Part shown: positions 24,236-36,851 of the stretch, piece by piece
How the letters are laid out: every line of letters begins with the position of its first letter
How positions within the stretch are numbered: position 1 is the first letter of the stretch
Origin: Eukaryota sp. TZLM1-RC
Taxonomy: Eukaryota > Protista > Metamonada: BaSk clade
Direction of reading: 5' to 3'
NCBI GenBank assembly: GCA_040285825.1
Contig: JAUPSS010000013.1
Coordinates: 481,218 to 545,217, forward strand
Length of the DNA stretch: 64,000 nucleotides
Made by a program: the position numbers and the translations under genes
The notes under the pieces: generated by a model
What the model saw: only the letters and a program-made list of their open reading frames with translations
Told to the model about the DNA's origin: nothing
Databases searched by the model: none

Positions 24236-25492
24236 ATGAATCGTCCTATTGAACTTCCCCAAATCTCTCCACTTCTTCCGAACACTTTCACCTTGTTTAA
24301 GGTCGACGTCCTACTAGACCCTCGGCCCGTTGACTGGTCTGCTTTCAATAACAGTGAATCTTTCCTTGAATACTCCACTTATCTTAGTCCTTGTCGTTAT
24401 AATGACGTGACTTTTGTAGATAGCTTTGATAAATGTACGGCTGACACTGCTGTTAATCGTCCGCAGTATTTCATCAAACCCAAGTGTTTGGAAGCTGATT
24501 CATTCAGTTACTGCGTAATTCAGTGTTACAAATGGAGTCCACGATCAAAGGTTAAAGCTCTGTTTGCTAATTTTGATTCAGTTCCTGAAGAACGGATTGA
24601 GTTTGATGGAGGTTTGATTATATTTCCCATGTCCGACATCAATGCTATGATCTAAGGGTTCGGGCAATGGACATCTCTTATCAACCGTAGGTGTGTTATC
24701 CCTAACTGGGGATTACGAGTTTTAGCTTCTGAGCGCTTCTGTAACCCTAAGACGGTAAAGAAAATATGCTATTGGAGTTCATTGGACAGAAATCCTCTCC
24801 ACACGGAACACTATTCAACAAAGTTGTCAGAATTACACAACAAACTCAAACCAGATGATAGTCTTCTATCTATTCGAGTTATACCCTCTAACATTCATTT
24901 CCAAGAGACTGATAAGGGTGATGTTCAGTGGAAGGTCTATGAAGTTAGGGATTATCTCCAGTTTATTCTACCCTACAATAAATCTCTTAGAGAAATTCCA
25001 CAGTCTTTTGTCACAGATTTTCGAGATCTTGCTAAAGATTTTTACGATTTCATACCCAGTATAATTCATCAAGATTTGAAACCTTACGTATTTGAACAAG
25101 TAACTGATTTTGAATTGTTGCAAAATGTTCGAAGTGCATTTCTGGATCTTCCATTCGATGAGAATTTCATTTTTCCTCACAAAAAGTTTTTTGCTAGTCT
25201 AGGGATAACAACCCCTTGGTTTTCCAAAACAGTTGATGGTGAACGAAGGAAATTCAAGGAGTTTCTTCAGAATATAGGCTGGAGAATTGATGAAACTTTC
25301 TTTGGAGATGTAATTGATTTTAATTCAAATGTATATGTGTGGAGGATCAAGTCGGCTGAACAGGGCACCCATATTGAGCTAAAGTTGCTGGATTATGTGT
25401 TTTCCAAACTTTTTGAATTTGAAGAAAAGATGTATTTCTTGGAATTGGGAAGCTTTTTCGTTAAGCCACAAACAGTCCATCTGAATCAGTAA
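24236..25492 (+). pseudogene. Paralogue of 14739-15995 (DUF6119-like) with one in-frame stop
   Basis: Collinear from IELPQISPLLP to YFLELGSFF; TAT>TAA at 24653-24655; frame otherwise open. Confidence 0.8.
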
Positions 25493-26349
25493 TTTCTCTG
25501 AATATTTGATTTGTTTCTGTACAGTTGGTTTTTTAAAAAACCTAAATTTATAACCATAGATTGTGTTTATCTTGTTTGGGTAAAAGTGTTTGACATTTTT
25601 TTGGAAAACAGAAGGCTTGAAATATGATGAGCTAAGTTCAAAACAGGCTACACTGATCAGAGTCACACTATTTAAACAACCTAGATTCGAGACTCAAGAT
25701 TCTGATTTCTCAAATGGAAATTTCTACGCATCATTAGAGACGACTAGAAGAGAAGTGTATTGACTTGCACCGTAAGTTGATACTGTTGGCTTATGTGCAC
25801 TGTTGAACTAGAATAAAAAACCATAAGTGAGCACTGAATGGGTTAGAAGAGTTGAGAATATCCAAGTAAATTTTTTTAATGAAACAACTTAAATCACAGG
25901 TGACGCGACACTTTCCGACCTTGGAAACTACATTTCGCTGAGGGCAACACTGTAGTTTTATTCCAGTTAGTAAAAGTGTGTTGGTTTTAAATTTTGGTAG
26001 ATTATCCTGAGAAATTGGTGGGTGCATAAGGCAAGGTTCTTGAAATCACTAAATATTTAGACGTGGCTTTGTATTGATGGTCTAGGCTGTTGGTTATGTA
26101 ACATACAGTACATGTAATGTTATTGACTACAAGAAAAAAAAGATTTCCCTCAACTTAACGTGAACTAAAAAAACTATAATACTAAAGTTATGAACACTAT
26201 TCAAGACTAACACTGCCTTTTTCTATCTTTCGAGCGACGAGCCCTGGAAGCTCTAGTCATAGGTAGTGAAGTACTAGGTTCAGAAGGCTTCTTGGGAGGA
26301 GCGGATTTAGTACGGCGATGTGCTTTGGAAGTCTTGAGATAGTCTTAAC

Positions 26350-27175
26350 ACGCTGCGGTGTTTTTCAGTTGTTCAGTGCTGGTCTTTTTTCCGGGCCATT
26401 GGACCTGGCAAAAGTCACCATCCTGTCTGAGCACCTTTTCGATTATGTGTTTTTCAAAATCACCTGCAGCCACCCATGAGGGAAACTCATCGTCGGTAGG
26501 CAGGCTCCAGTGTCAGGGAGTCAAATGGTTGATGCTAGCTTGGACTATCGTGCTAAAGCAGAGGTTCTTGATATTCACAAACCCATTTGATACATTTTCA
26601 GTTATAAGAAAAGGTCCTAAACAATTTCCATGTAGCTTTGCGAAAAAGCTAGAAGCCCTTGAAACTGAATGACTAAATTCAAAAGAATTTGGAGAGGTGG
26701 TTCTTTTCAGTTTGGAAACTTTGGAAGCTTGACAACGTGCTGTTTCTTCCTGTCTTTCCTTCAATCTTCGAAATTTAGATTGGATTTCTTGGATATAAGT
26801 TGTCTCAGACATTTCGCTTTCAATGATTTCCAGAATTTTGCCGGGGTCGGATCTGGAAGATACATAAGAACCAAAAATTAATTGGTAAGTGATCTGGTTG
26901 GTTATTGAGCTCTTGGAAGAGTTGATCAATGATTGCACATGAGGCAAATATTCGGACCACACATCGTAGGCGTTGAAGTCTCCGAGTAATTTCCTCAGGT
27001 TTTGCAGGATGTCTCTGTGTCGGCGCTCTGCCATACCGTTGGACTAAAAACTTTGGGAAGGAAACGATTTTGACACCTCTACGCCGAAAATTTTGCTCAA
27101 TTCGTTGAAGACAGCCTTGAGATATTCAGGTCCATTGCCACTGAAATAAGATGCAAGGGATAATGCAGAATTTCC
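26350..27175 (-). mobile_element. Ty3/Gypsy-type integrase relic
   Basis: GNGPEY (from SDNGPEF), GMAERRHRDILQNLRK, WSEYLPHVQSLINS, KLHGNCLGPFLI (GPY/F motif); no LTRs identified. Confidence 0.8.
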
Positions 27176-27589
27176 AAATTAATACATCTGTATCAAGATT
27201 GGCTATTTAAGGCTAGGATGATCGAAAACCTAGGTGAAAACCGCTTATCCAAGGTGACAATCTTAAAATTATTTCTTGCTTTTGTTGTCAAATTTCAATA
27301 CAGTTAGCAGGCTTCTTCGTAATTCGTTTGATGATGTGAATGAGTTCTATAGAGTTGGATTTCTCTCTTTCGAGTGTTTATCTGCCCAACATTATCATTA
27401 TTTGTTGTAAAGTTATATTACTTGATTAAATTTGCATTTAACAACATCATTTACGTACATAAACTCAAAACTAATAGAAAAAAATCCCTTAAACCAAGAT
27501 TTTTCTACAATGTCATAATTTGGTTTTTCACTGCAATTGCCTCTCTTTTCGATAAAAAACTTATACAATCTATTTACTACTGCGAATTG

Positions 27590-28655
27590 AATTTGAGTTT
27601 TCTGAAAGATTTGCAGATTGGGAAGATTTATTAATGACAACGCAAGGTTCCACCGTTTGTGCATTAAATTTCCAAAATTGATGTAGCAAAATGGAGTCGA
27701 TGCTTTCCCAATCACTCCGAAATGAATAATATAAATTTATAATATTTATCGAACATTGTCAAAACGACTGATTAGAATGTATGAAAATGATCTTTATAAT
27801 AATATAAGCAGCTCGGCTGTTTCAAATCAAGGTCTTCACTCATTGTCATTGGAAAAGGGTGTTTGTGAAAACCAGTCGTCAGAATCTTCACTGTTTGTAA
27901 CCACTGTACCACGAACATTTGGATTGTAAGCTATTCATAAAGCGTTTGTAACAAAAATGGGAATATTTGAATATCCCCATTAAGCAATTATTATCAAAAG
28001 AAAAATGTATTTGTTCAAATTCACCACAGCTCATTTTGCGTCATGCTCTGAATTTTTTGAGATTGATAATTTATTGTTCTTCATTACATGATGCTGTTAG
28101 AGACACTCTTTTCATTATGGCACCAACTGCAAGTATATCGTGTACCAAAGAGCCTCTACTGAAAGAAACACTGTCATTGAATATTTTTGGTTCTGATGAT
28201 AGAGGTGATGTATATTGTGATCAGATAGAGAACTCTGAAGCTGATGTTGATTTTGTCTCCTGTAATTTTGCAAATGATACTTTGGTTCAAGAAAGAAGAC
28301 TTAGTTCTGTAGTTGCTCTTGAATTCAAAGCCAAAGAAAACAAAGAAAATATGACAAAGATATTGAAGAATTTAATGGTGATAGAAATACACAGCTAGTT
28401 TTATTGCTTTCCCATTTTATGATAAACGCAAGACTATCAGTAGAAGCAGAAACTTTTTTGAATGATTTCCAAAAAATGGTTCAAGAAATAGCAATGAAAA
28501 GATTTGATGACTTTTTATGGCGCTCACGAATTCAATTTGCTATAATTGATAGATTGCCTAGGTTTTTCCATCAAATTAAAGAAGCTTCAGCTAGACAGCA
28601 AGCAGATCAAGATTCTGTAGAGGAAATCCTGGTTCTATGAATTTCGTCCCATTTG
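27590..28655 (+). mobile_element. Old, diverged family B 3' half
   Basis: NIPIKQLLSKEKCICSNSPQ..HDAVRD..DDRGDVYCD, with several stops and indels. Confidence 0.88.
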
Positions 28656-29521
28656 TTCTAACATTTACTTAACACTTATCAAAGTTCACTGCCGAGTAGA
28701 GACTCATTTCTTTTATAGCATTTAATTAAAAAATTTGTTTTAAATACGACATGCTGACAAAACAACTAAACTTTACAGGTGTCTTAAATAACCTCTTAAT
28801 CACTAATGACTCAGTGATCCGACCCACCTACCGTGAATGCTCTTGAATTTTGAGCTAAAAAAACTCAGACAAAATGACAAAGATATCAAAGAAGCTAATC
28901 CTGATAGAGATAGACCACTTGTTTCTATTGCTTGTCCATTTTCCATAAAAATTTTCAGTAGAAACAAGATTATGTAAGGATTATGTCCAGAAACTGAAAC
29001 ATTGTCCAGTTGATCATGTTCAGATGACACAATTGATGGTGTCATTGTTTGGAGATAATGTTGAGTTCTTAATTGATGCTAAGACAAATGACCTAACCAA
29101 TAGTAGAAACTATGGAAATCAAGTTGCAAAGTAAATATTAGCTCCAAACGGGATGATTAAAAATAGTTCATAATATTCTTAGGTACTCAAATTGAAAAAA
29201 ATTTTCAACTCTAAACGAAGCAAACTCTCATATTCAATGTTCTTGCAATTTTGTTGAATGGATGATCAAGACCTGAGGCAAGCTTGCTGTTGATTGATTT
29301 TAATCAAAGAATAATTAAAAATGCCCTTCATTTAGCATAAATTTCTGGACCATTCTAATTATGTGCAGCTGGTATAAAGGCCTTGGTGAAATGGTTGGAG
29401 ATGTGGAACTTGCTCTCGCTCAAAGAGTGTTTCACAATGTAGGTGGAGATTCTTCTCCTTTGATGAAGCAATAAGTTGTTGAAAGTGTTTTATTTTATTT
29501 TTCTAATAAATAACTTGTTTT

Positions 29522-29810
29522 TTCAGAAGCAAGAACCTTTTTGAATGATTTTCTAAAATTGGTGCAGGGAAAACCAATACCATGAAGAAATTTTATCTCG
29601 GTTTATGACGCTCTCGGATTCATTTTGCCATAATTATTAGATTACCTAATAGATTAATAATAGATTCAATAGATTTTTCATTAATAGGTTTTTTATCGAA
29701 TAAGATAAACGATGGCGAGAAAACAAGCAGATCAGGATTTTGTAGAATAAAAATTGGTTCATTGAATTTCGTCCCATTAGTTATGAGTTTGTTTTGTTAA
29801 GTGTGCAAGT
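29522..29810 (+). mobile_element. Degenerate family B 3' end
   Basis: Ends in gaatttcgtcccattagttatgag...aagtgtgcaa. Confidence 0.75.
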
Positions 29811-29836
29811 TTAAAAAACAACACTAATTTCAACCA

Positions 29837-32735
29837 TTTCGATTGAAGCACAAAACGTGCAACACTTGTGGTATTTCTTTTAGAAAAAATGCAAAAGGAA
29901 AAACTTCTGATCGCTGCTTGAAATGCCGCATAGTTGATAACTACCATCCTCCTATAAGAATACCTCAAGAAATTCATCCGACCAAATGCAATGAATTTGC
30001 TTTCGTTTTTCAAAGATTTTTGGATCAATTATGTAAAGGAAAGTATGCTATCAATATTATTTGGGAATTTTTTGGTTCTTTTTGTCCTCCTTTTGAACAA
30101 AATTTCGTTAATATTTCCGAAGATTTAACCAATATAGCACCGAGAAATCAGTCATCCGAGAAATTAAGTAAAATTTTTGAAGACAAATGCTTTGACAACA
30201 AATGGTCCAAGGCTTTGTCAGCTTTAAGTCCCGGAGTCAAAGCACCGAACAATGAAGATACAGTAGATAAACTGAAAATACTTCATCCTTATGAAGACCC
30301 TGTTATGGATCAAAATTTTTACGGCACATACTGGGAAAATTATCCATTGATGCCATCAGAAGTTTTTTCGGTTATCAAAAAGAGACCTCGTGGTAAGTCT
30401 GCCGGACTTTCTGGTATTACTATTGATCATGTAAAAGCCGCGATTATTTCTTCAGAAGATTGCCTTGGTTTAATGACCAAATTTTTCAACCAAATATTAT
30501 CTGGTCAACGCAAGTACCCAGAAGAATTAAGAAGTTCTCGTTTGACTGCACTTGTCAAAAATTCAAAATGGATGTTCGTCCTATTGCAGTCTCTGAGAGC
30601 TTACATAATATTTTTTCTGCGTGTTGCTTAAGCAGGTTCAATGAAAAAGCTAAAAAGATTTTATTACCCTTTCAATATGGTATAAATACTACAGATGGAG
30701 TCTCTTCAGCGATTTTTGCTACTGATGTCTTATTTCGTCAAAATGAATCCAATGTTTGCATGTCATTGGATTTTAGTAATGCTTTCAATTCGCTAAGTCG
30801 TCGCAGTATCCATGGTGCTCTATTGCAATATATGCCAGAATTAATACCATATTTTCAATCAACATATTGCACATATTCTAATTTACATTTTGGTAACAAC
30901 ATTTTGATTTCATCCAGTGGCGTAAAGCAAGGAGATCCGTTAGGACCTCTTTTGTTTTGTTTGGCCATTCATCCTATTCTACTGCAAATTCAAGAGATGT
31001 TTCCTTCACTAAAAATGATTGCATATATGGATGATGTTGTGCTTATTGGTGAATTAAATATTGTGAAAAAAGCAACTGTATGTTTTAAAGAATTATTTAC
31101 CAAAATTGGTCTCCGACTTAATTTACTTAAATGTGTTTTGTTATCGAATTCTCCAGTTTCCACAATAATTGATGATATTGAAATTCAAGCAAAATTATAT
31201 TCAATTGATGCTATTCGTCATTTGGGTTCGTTTTTAGGAAATAATGATGAAATTACCAAAAAAATTGTTTGAAAAGTTGAACTCAATTTCTGACAAAATT
31301 GACCGAATGATGAATTTAGATATAAAAAAACACATCAAATTTACCATTATAAGACTGTGTTTTTAGTTCCAATTTTAATCATATATTTCGATCTACAAAT
31401 CCTCTCGTCACTAGACCTTTGGCTCAAAAAGTTTAATGAGTTACGTGCAAAAGTTCTGTCTCAATTACTGGGATGTAAAATGTTTCAAATTCCAGATCAT
31501 GCTTACCTTAGTCCACAATATGGTGGTTTAGGGTGGACGAAGGCTTCTATTCTTACCTCGTGTGCTTTTTGTTGGTGGATGCAGAAATGCAATCTTTGAG
31601 TTCTCCGAAAGATTTGCAGATTGGGAAGATTTATTGATGACAACGCAAAGTTCCACTGTTTTTGCATTAAATGAAGAAATTTCAAGAATTGATGTAGAAA
31701 AATGGGGTCGATGTTTTCCCCAATCATTCAATGGCAATATTCCAGAAAAAAATGTTTTAAATTTGAAGTACACTCTTCGAACATTACAGAAAAAGATTGA
31801 CTGGAATGTATGAAAAAGATCTTTATAATAATATTTGCAGCTCGGCTGTTTTAAATCAAGATCTTCACTCATTGTTATTGGAAAAGGGTGTTTGTGAAAA
31901 CAAGGTGTCAGATTCTTCACTTTTTGTAACCATTGTACCACGAAGATTTGGATTGTGTGCTACTAATGAAGCATTTGTAACAAAAATGAGATTATATTTG
32001 AACATCCCCATTAACCAATTATTATCAAAAGAAAAATGTATTTGTTCGAATTCACCTCAACTCACTTTGCGCCATGCTCTAAATTGCTCTAAATTGATAA
32101 CTTATCGTTCTTCATTACATGATGCTGTTAGAGACACTGTTTTCAATATGGCACAAACTGCAAGGATATCGTGTATCAAAGAGCCCCTGCTGAAAGAAAC
32201 ACTTTCTCTGAATAATTTTGGTTCTGATGATAGAGGTGATGTATACTGTGATTGGATTGATAATTCTGAAGCTATTGTTGACTTTGTCTCATGTAATGTT
32301 GCAAACGATACTTTGGTTCACAGAAGAAAACTTAATCCTGTGGCTGCTCTGGATTTTAAAGCAAAAGAAAAACATAGAAAATATGATAAAGAAATTGAAG
32401 ATGCAAATATCGATAGAAATACACAGCTGGTTTTTTATTGCTTTTCCATTTTCGATAAATGGAAGATTATCAGTTGAAGCAGAAACTTTTTTTGGATGAC
32501 TTCCAAAAAATGGTGAAAGAAAAAACAATGAAAAGATTTGATATTTTTTTATGGCGTTCACGGATTCAATTTGCCATTATTAATAGATTACCGCGGTTTT
32601 TCAATCGAATTAGAGAAGCTTTAGCTAGACAGCAAGCAAATCAAGATTTTGTAGAGGAAATCTTGGTTTAATGATAGTCGTCCCATTAGTTATGATTTAA
32701 TTTAATCAAGTGTGCAAATTCAATAAATAAATAAA
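29837..32735 (+). mobile_element. Near-complete (5'-truncated) CRE-like non-LTR retrotransposon family B
   Basis: CxxC..CxxC..PPIRIP N-terminal region; RT (VRPIAVSE, FQYG, DFSNAFNS, GVKQGDPLGP, YMDD); CIC..HALNC..HDAVRD; RGD..VDF..K.KHRKY; aataa tail; 11-bp TSD aatttcaacca (29826-29836, 32736-32746). Frameshifts fall mostly in homopolymers. Confidence 0.93.
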
Positions 32736-32799
32736 AATTTCAACCACAAATTATTGCAAATTTCTTCCAAATATCAAATCAACAAACCTCTTCTTACAC

Positions 32800-33804
32800 A
32801 TGCCATCTAACGCTTATGGTTATGTTGAAGGTCAGCTGGACTTTCCATCCAATATTGATGATCAAGAAGTTATTGAATCTAATCCTGACGAATGCAAACC
32901 ACCTATACCTTTTCCTGAAGAGTCCTTCGTTCCAGAGGTGCAAACTCAAATACCCAAGTTGAATGATGTCTATCAAGTACTCAAACACCACCATTTCAAG
33001 CCTCGAACACCTTACTCTCCTGGACGTACCATTCCCCAGGCACCTAGAATCAAAGCAATTACTCCAAGAGACAGGTATGATGAGTTGAAGGAAGAAGTAA
33101 ATGTTTTTCTTGAATCATTGACAGATGAACCACTTCTCCAGAACAAAACACATGACCTTCTTCGTGAACTCACTCACCATGGCCATTCACTTGGCTTTGA
33201 ACCAGACCGTGAAGCAATGGAGGTCCAATCAAATGCCCAATCAAATGTTCAATCAGAAATTGATTCCATTATTCATGATTTGCAAATGGTTGATTCTACT
33301 ACTAATTTATCATTTGAATCTTCAACAATCACTGCTGAATCAACACTGTCAAAATTAGAAGAACTGATTGGGCCGGAAGACATTTTACCAGAAAACCAAA
33401 CAATTACTCAGCTATTAAATGATTTGGTAATAAAGACAAATAATTTAACCAGTCATAAGTTGGAGTCACTATTACGGAAACTGGAAACGTCACCGATTGA
33501 CCGTCACGACATTTTTTTGCGGAAGGGTCAATCAACAATGATTGATTATCTCTATAAGCATCTCAATCAATTTGATCGTCTTCGTTCTAACCTTCCTTCT
33601 CTCATAGCACGCCTTTCCTCTCTTCGATCCATTCAAGCCAAAGCTGAACGAGTGGTTGGGAATTATGAACAGTTGAAGAATGATTACGACAAGTTGGAGA
33701 AGGTGGTGGAAGAGCAAGAGAAGGTCATTGAGGTTTTGAAGCTGCAGATGATTGAAAATGCTCAAAATTTCAAGCAAAATTTAGAGAAAATAAGTGGGAA
33801 ATAG
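32800..33804 (+). CDS. DCTN2: Dynactin subunit 2 (dynamitin/p50)
   Basis: N-terminal DQEVIES, TPRDRYDELKEEV, and C-terminal coiled coil LPSLIARLSSLRSIQAKA..MIENAQNFKQNL. Confidence 0.7.
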   Translation: MPSNAYGYVEGQLDFPSNIDDQEVIESNPDECKPPIPFPEESFVPEVQTQIPKLNDVYQVLKHHHFKPRTPYSPGRTIPQAPRIKAITPRDRYDELKEEVNVFLESLTDEPLLQNKTHDLLRELTHHGHSLGFEPDREAMEVQSNAQSNVQSEIDSIIHDLQMVDSTTNLSFESSTITAESTLSKLEELIGPEDILPENQTITQLLNDLVIKTNNLTSHKLESLLRKLETSPIDRHDIFLRKGQSTMIDYLYKHLNQFDRLRSNLPSLIARLSSLRSIQAKAERVVGNYEQLKNDYDKLEKVVEEQEKVIEVLKLQMIENAQNFKQNLEKISGK

Positions 33805-34201
33805 ATTGTATTTTGATTGATTGATTGATTGTCGACAAATCAGAAGTTTGGTCAAGATTTCGTTTTCTCATAAGAAGACCAATGGTTGTAAATACATGGT
33901 TCATGTTTGTATTTCATTTGGTAATTAGAAATTCTGATATCATGCCACCTTAGATCGGCCGACCTAATGAGGCAGAATTGCTAATTTTTACTTTGAATAA
34001 ACGATAATAAGAATTCTTTTAAATATTGGTGAATTCTTTATTAACAAGTTGAATTAATCAAATCTAGGAGCAACAATATAATTCTCCAACAGCAAAATCA
34101 ACACTTTGTAGCTCTACTGATGGAACGACGCAATAATTGTTTGAAATTAGGAAAAGTAAATAATATACCCCATAATACGACACGTGGAATATAAGTGAAA
34201 T

Positions 34202-34410
34202 TCACAGGATACAGATCCACCTTTCCAGTCCAAGTCCAAGTCCGAATCCTGAATGGGGTACCGATCCGTAGTTTCCTAGATCAATATACCACTGGTAAAC
34301 CTCCAATGGAAGTCTTTCCTTCTCCATCTTCTCTAGTAGCAGGTCTTTATCATGGATTCGTTCACATCCTCCAATGATTTCCCCATAGCCCTCCGGAGCG
34401 ATCAAATCAC
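34202..34410 (-). pseudogene. asnS: C-terminal fragment of asparaginyl-tRNA synthetase, prokaryote-like signature
   Basis: [44 protein letters not shown] (class II motif 3 with a 6-nt duplication); no N-terminal part present. Confidence 0.85.
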
Positions 34411-34979
34411 CCCTATGTAAGTATTACATACATTCAATATATATTATATAATAAACTTACGAACGTGTTTGTGAATTTGTTTCCAGTGCTTGTTAGGTTT
34501 GAATCATCGCTCCTTGACATCATCATTGCCATAAAGGTTCCACAGAATACAGCCAGGGAATAAATTATTAATTCATCCAGATGAAATGGCTCTGCAATCA
34601 TTAGTCATCAATGTTGCCAAGATACCAAAAATGATGACAGCCAACAGTGTTGTCCTAGAGTTTAGCCCATCTCTCTTGAAGCAATACAGATGTTAAATTC
34701 AAGTCTTTCCAAGAAAATCTAATTTAAAGTTTGAACATTGAATAAATGATTTTTGAAATACTTTGAAAAAGTGTTGGTTTAGTAAATACAACAAAATATT
34801 AACCTCTGCTTTATCTTGACAGAGTTACCTTAATGCTTCTGCTAATCGATGATTTATCATCTGAATACTATTACATTTAATTTATTTATATTTGGGAAAA
34901 TATTTGAAAACAGACTTATGTTCTACTCCAAAATGACTCAGTATTTGCTTAGATCTACAACAAATGATGTCAAAAATTC

Positions 34980-35156
34980 AGTAGATCGGCCGACGTAATG
35001 ACATTATTGGAACAGAAATCGTTCAAAAGTTTAAAAATCAATGGCATAGATTTAAAACAAAAGCGTAATAGGTCAGCCGACAAAATGGGAAATTTGTTGT
35101 GTAGACTTTTCTGTTATGCACAGTAGATCGGCCGACAGAATGTTATGCACAGTATA
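34980..35156. repeat. Repeated tagatcggccgac motifs ending in ...gcacag-TA; probable DNA-transposon end
   Basis: Motif at ~33951, 34982, 35069 (variant) and 35123; tgttatgcacagta occurs twice. Confidence 0.45.
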
Positions 35157-35158
35157 GA

Positions 35159-35470
35159 CTAATCCATGTCCATTTCACTATCTGAATCAGTTTCGTCCAT
35201 GTCACACTCCTCGATCTCAGAACCTTGCATGGGGGATTCAAACACAGGGCTTTCAAAGCACAACTTTGATGTAAGTGGCTGGGCTATCCTGTCCTGATAG
35301 GCGTCCAGCAGAAGTTCACGTGGAGTACCAAGAGAGATGACAGCTTTGGGTGTCTTGAGAGTAATCGATGAGGAGAACAAAGGATTTGGAGTTCCTTCGG
35401 TAAGGAAGTTGAACCTAGATTCTCGTTCTTGGAGGTCTGAGATGTCGAGGTTTGTTATAGTCAGAGGCAT
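35159..35470 (-). CDS. Small hypothetical protein, TP/SP-rich with acidic tail
   Basis: ATG-initiated 103-aa ORF with coding-like GC content. Confidence 0.5.
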   Translation of the reverse strand: MPLTITNLDISDLQERESRFNFLTEGTPNPLFSSSITLKTPKAVISLGTPRELLLDAYQDRIAQPLTSKLCFESPVFESPMQGSEIEECDMDETDSDSEMDMD

Positions 35471-35702
35471 TGTGGTTTCGATGTAAATAAGGAGACTTGG
35501 AGCCTTAATTGGATGTAAAAATTTGAACTACAAAATTAGATAAAAAGCTAAAATTCTCTTAGATTTTGTTATTTTGACAAAACAAAATGAATCTTCCGTT
35601 CTCAAAAAAATACGTATTACTGCTGTTATTGATTTGAATTACAATACTTCAAAAATTGAATATTTATAACAAATCTTTGCCAAAAATTAAACCATTTATA
35701 TA

Positions 35703-36210
35703 AAGAATCAAATAAAAACAAAACAAACTAAAACACATAAGAAACTAAATTCTCCACTAAATTTTCCAAAAATTATTTGTTTTCAACGCTAACAAAACAT
35801 TAAAAAAACTAGAACTCAATATCCTCAATACACGCATCAACATCATCAAATCTCTTGAGTGCACGATTTTCACACTCTATTCCTAATTGTAACAGTGCTT
35901 TGGTCAGCATTTTTGGAATTGTCTTAAGAATACTTAAAACAATTCTATTGTGTCCTTGCTTGGATCTCTGAGTAAGTCTGCTATGGCTTTCCTTGAGGCT
36001 TTTGTTGTAGTTGTAAAGGAAAGAACTTGAAGAATTTTCAATTGTGTTTACTGGCAAAACAGGATTGTTTTTTCGATTTTTTAGGGAATGGTAAAACTGA
36101 TTTCTGATTCACTGTCTTCTTTTGGGAAATTTTCCGAATCTTTGGCAAATAATTGTTTTGATGTAGAGGAGGCACATTTGGAGGATGTGGAGCTTGAGTT
36201 GTCAATTTGA
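35703..36210. mobile_element. Cluster of retrotransposon 3' ends from different families in opposite orientations
   Basis: 35703-35756 family C tip (-); 35809-35950 NRIVLSILKTIPKMLTKALLQLG (-); 36050-36210 WQNRIVFSIF..LISDSLSSFG (+). Confidence 0.7.
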
Positions 36211-36851
36211 CGATTTTATGCTATTTGATCAATAAGAAATTGCTTGAAAAAAATAACCATTATAGTTCCAATTCAAATGTTCCAAATTCATTTGAAAAGA
36301 AACCAAATACCTTTAAAAGCTTTTCTATTAATGGTTTATTAATGTGTCTTAGAATAACTCTACAAAGTACGTTTTGCCAATATCAAAAAAAATAAATAAT
36401 TTCATGTTGCATATATGAGATATTTGTTTGTAGAAAAAAATAAAAAAAAAGGTGTAGAAAAATACGTCGTACGAGCAATTATGAGCCTGAAATGCTAATT
36501 CTTTACAGATGGTTTTCATTTTGGAGTTTGGAATGAGTAATCTTATCATCAGCTAATAACAATTATTCCACTTACTGAAACTTCAACAGGAAATGATTCT
36601 ACCAAAACATCTAAATTTGACAATAGCAAAGCAGGACCCCTATCTAATTAGTGTTGTTAAAGAGATAAATAGAGAGATAAATAAATCGAAATAAAAACAA
36701 AGTTAAATAATTAATTTTCTAATACAGTGTTTCTTTATCAATAATAATGATTTACCAGAAAATGAAAAAGATTTATAAAACCAAACTATTTAATAAATTG
36801 AGAAATTAAAGTACAAATATACACAAGAAAATTCCGATCGATATGAAAACA

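Noticed and set aside
29843-32671. Programmed frameshifting or multiple ORFs in family B
   Set aside because: Shifts fall mostly in homopolymer runs, and those in the shared region are absent from the copy at 38321-39558; probably sequencing error or decay.
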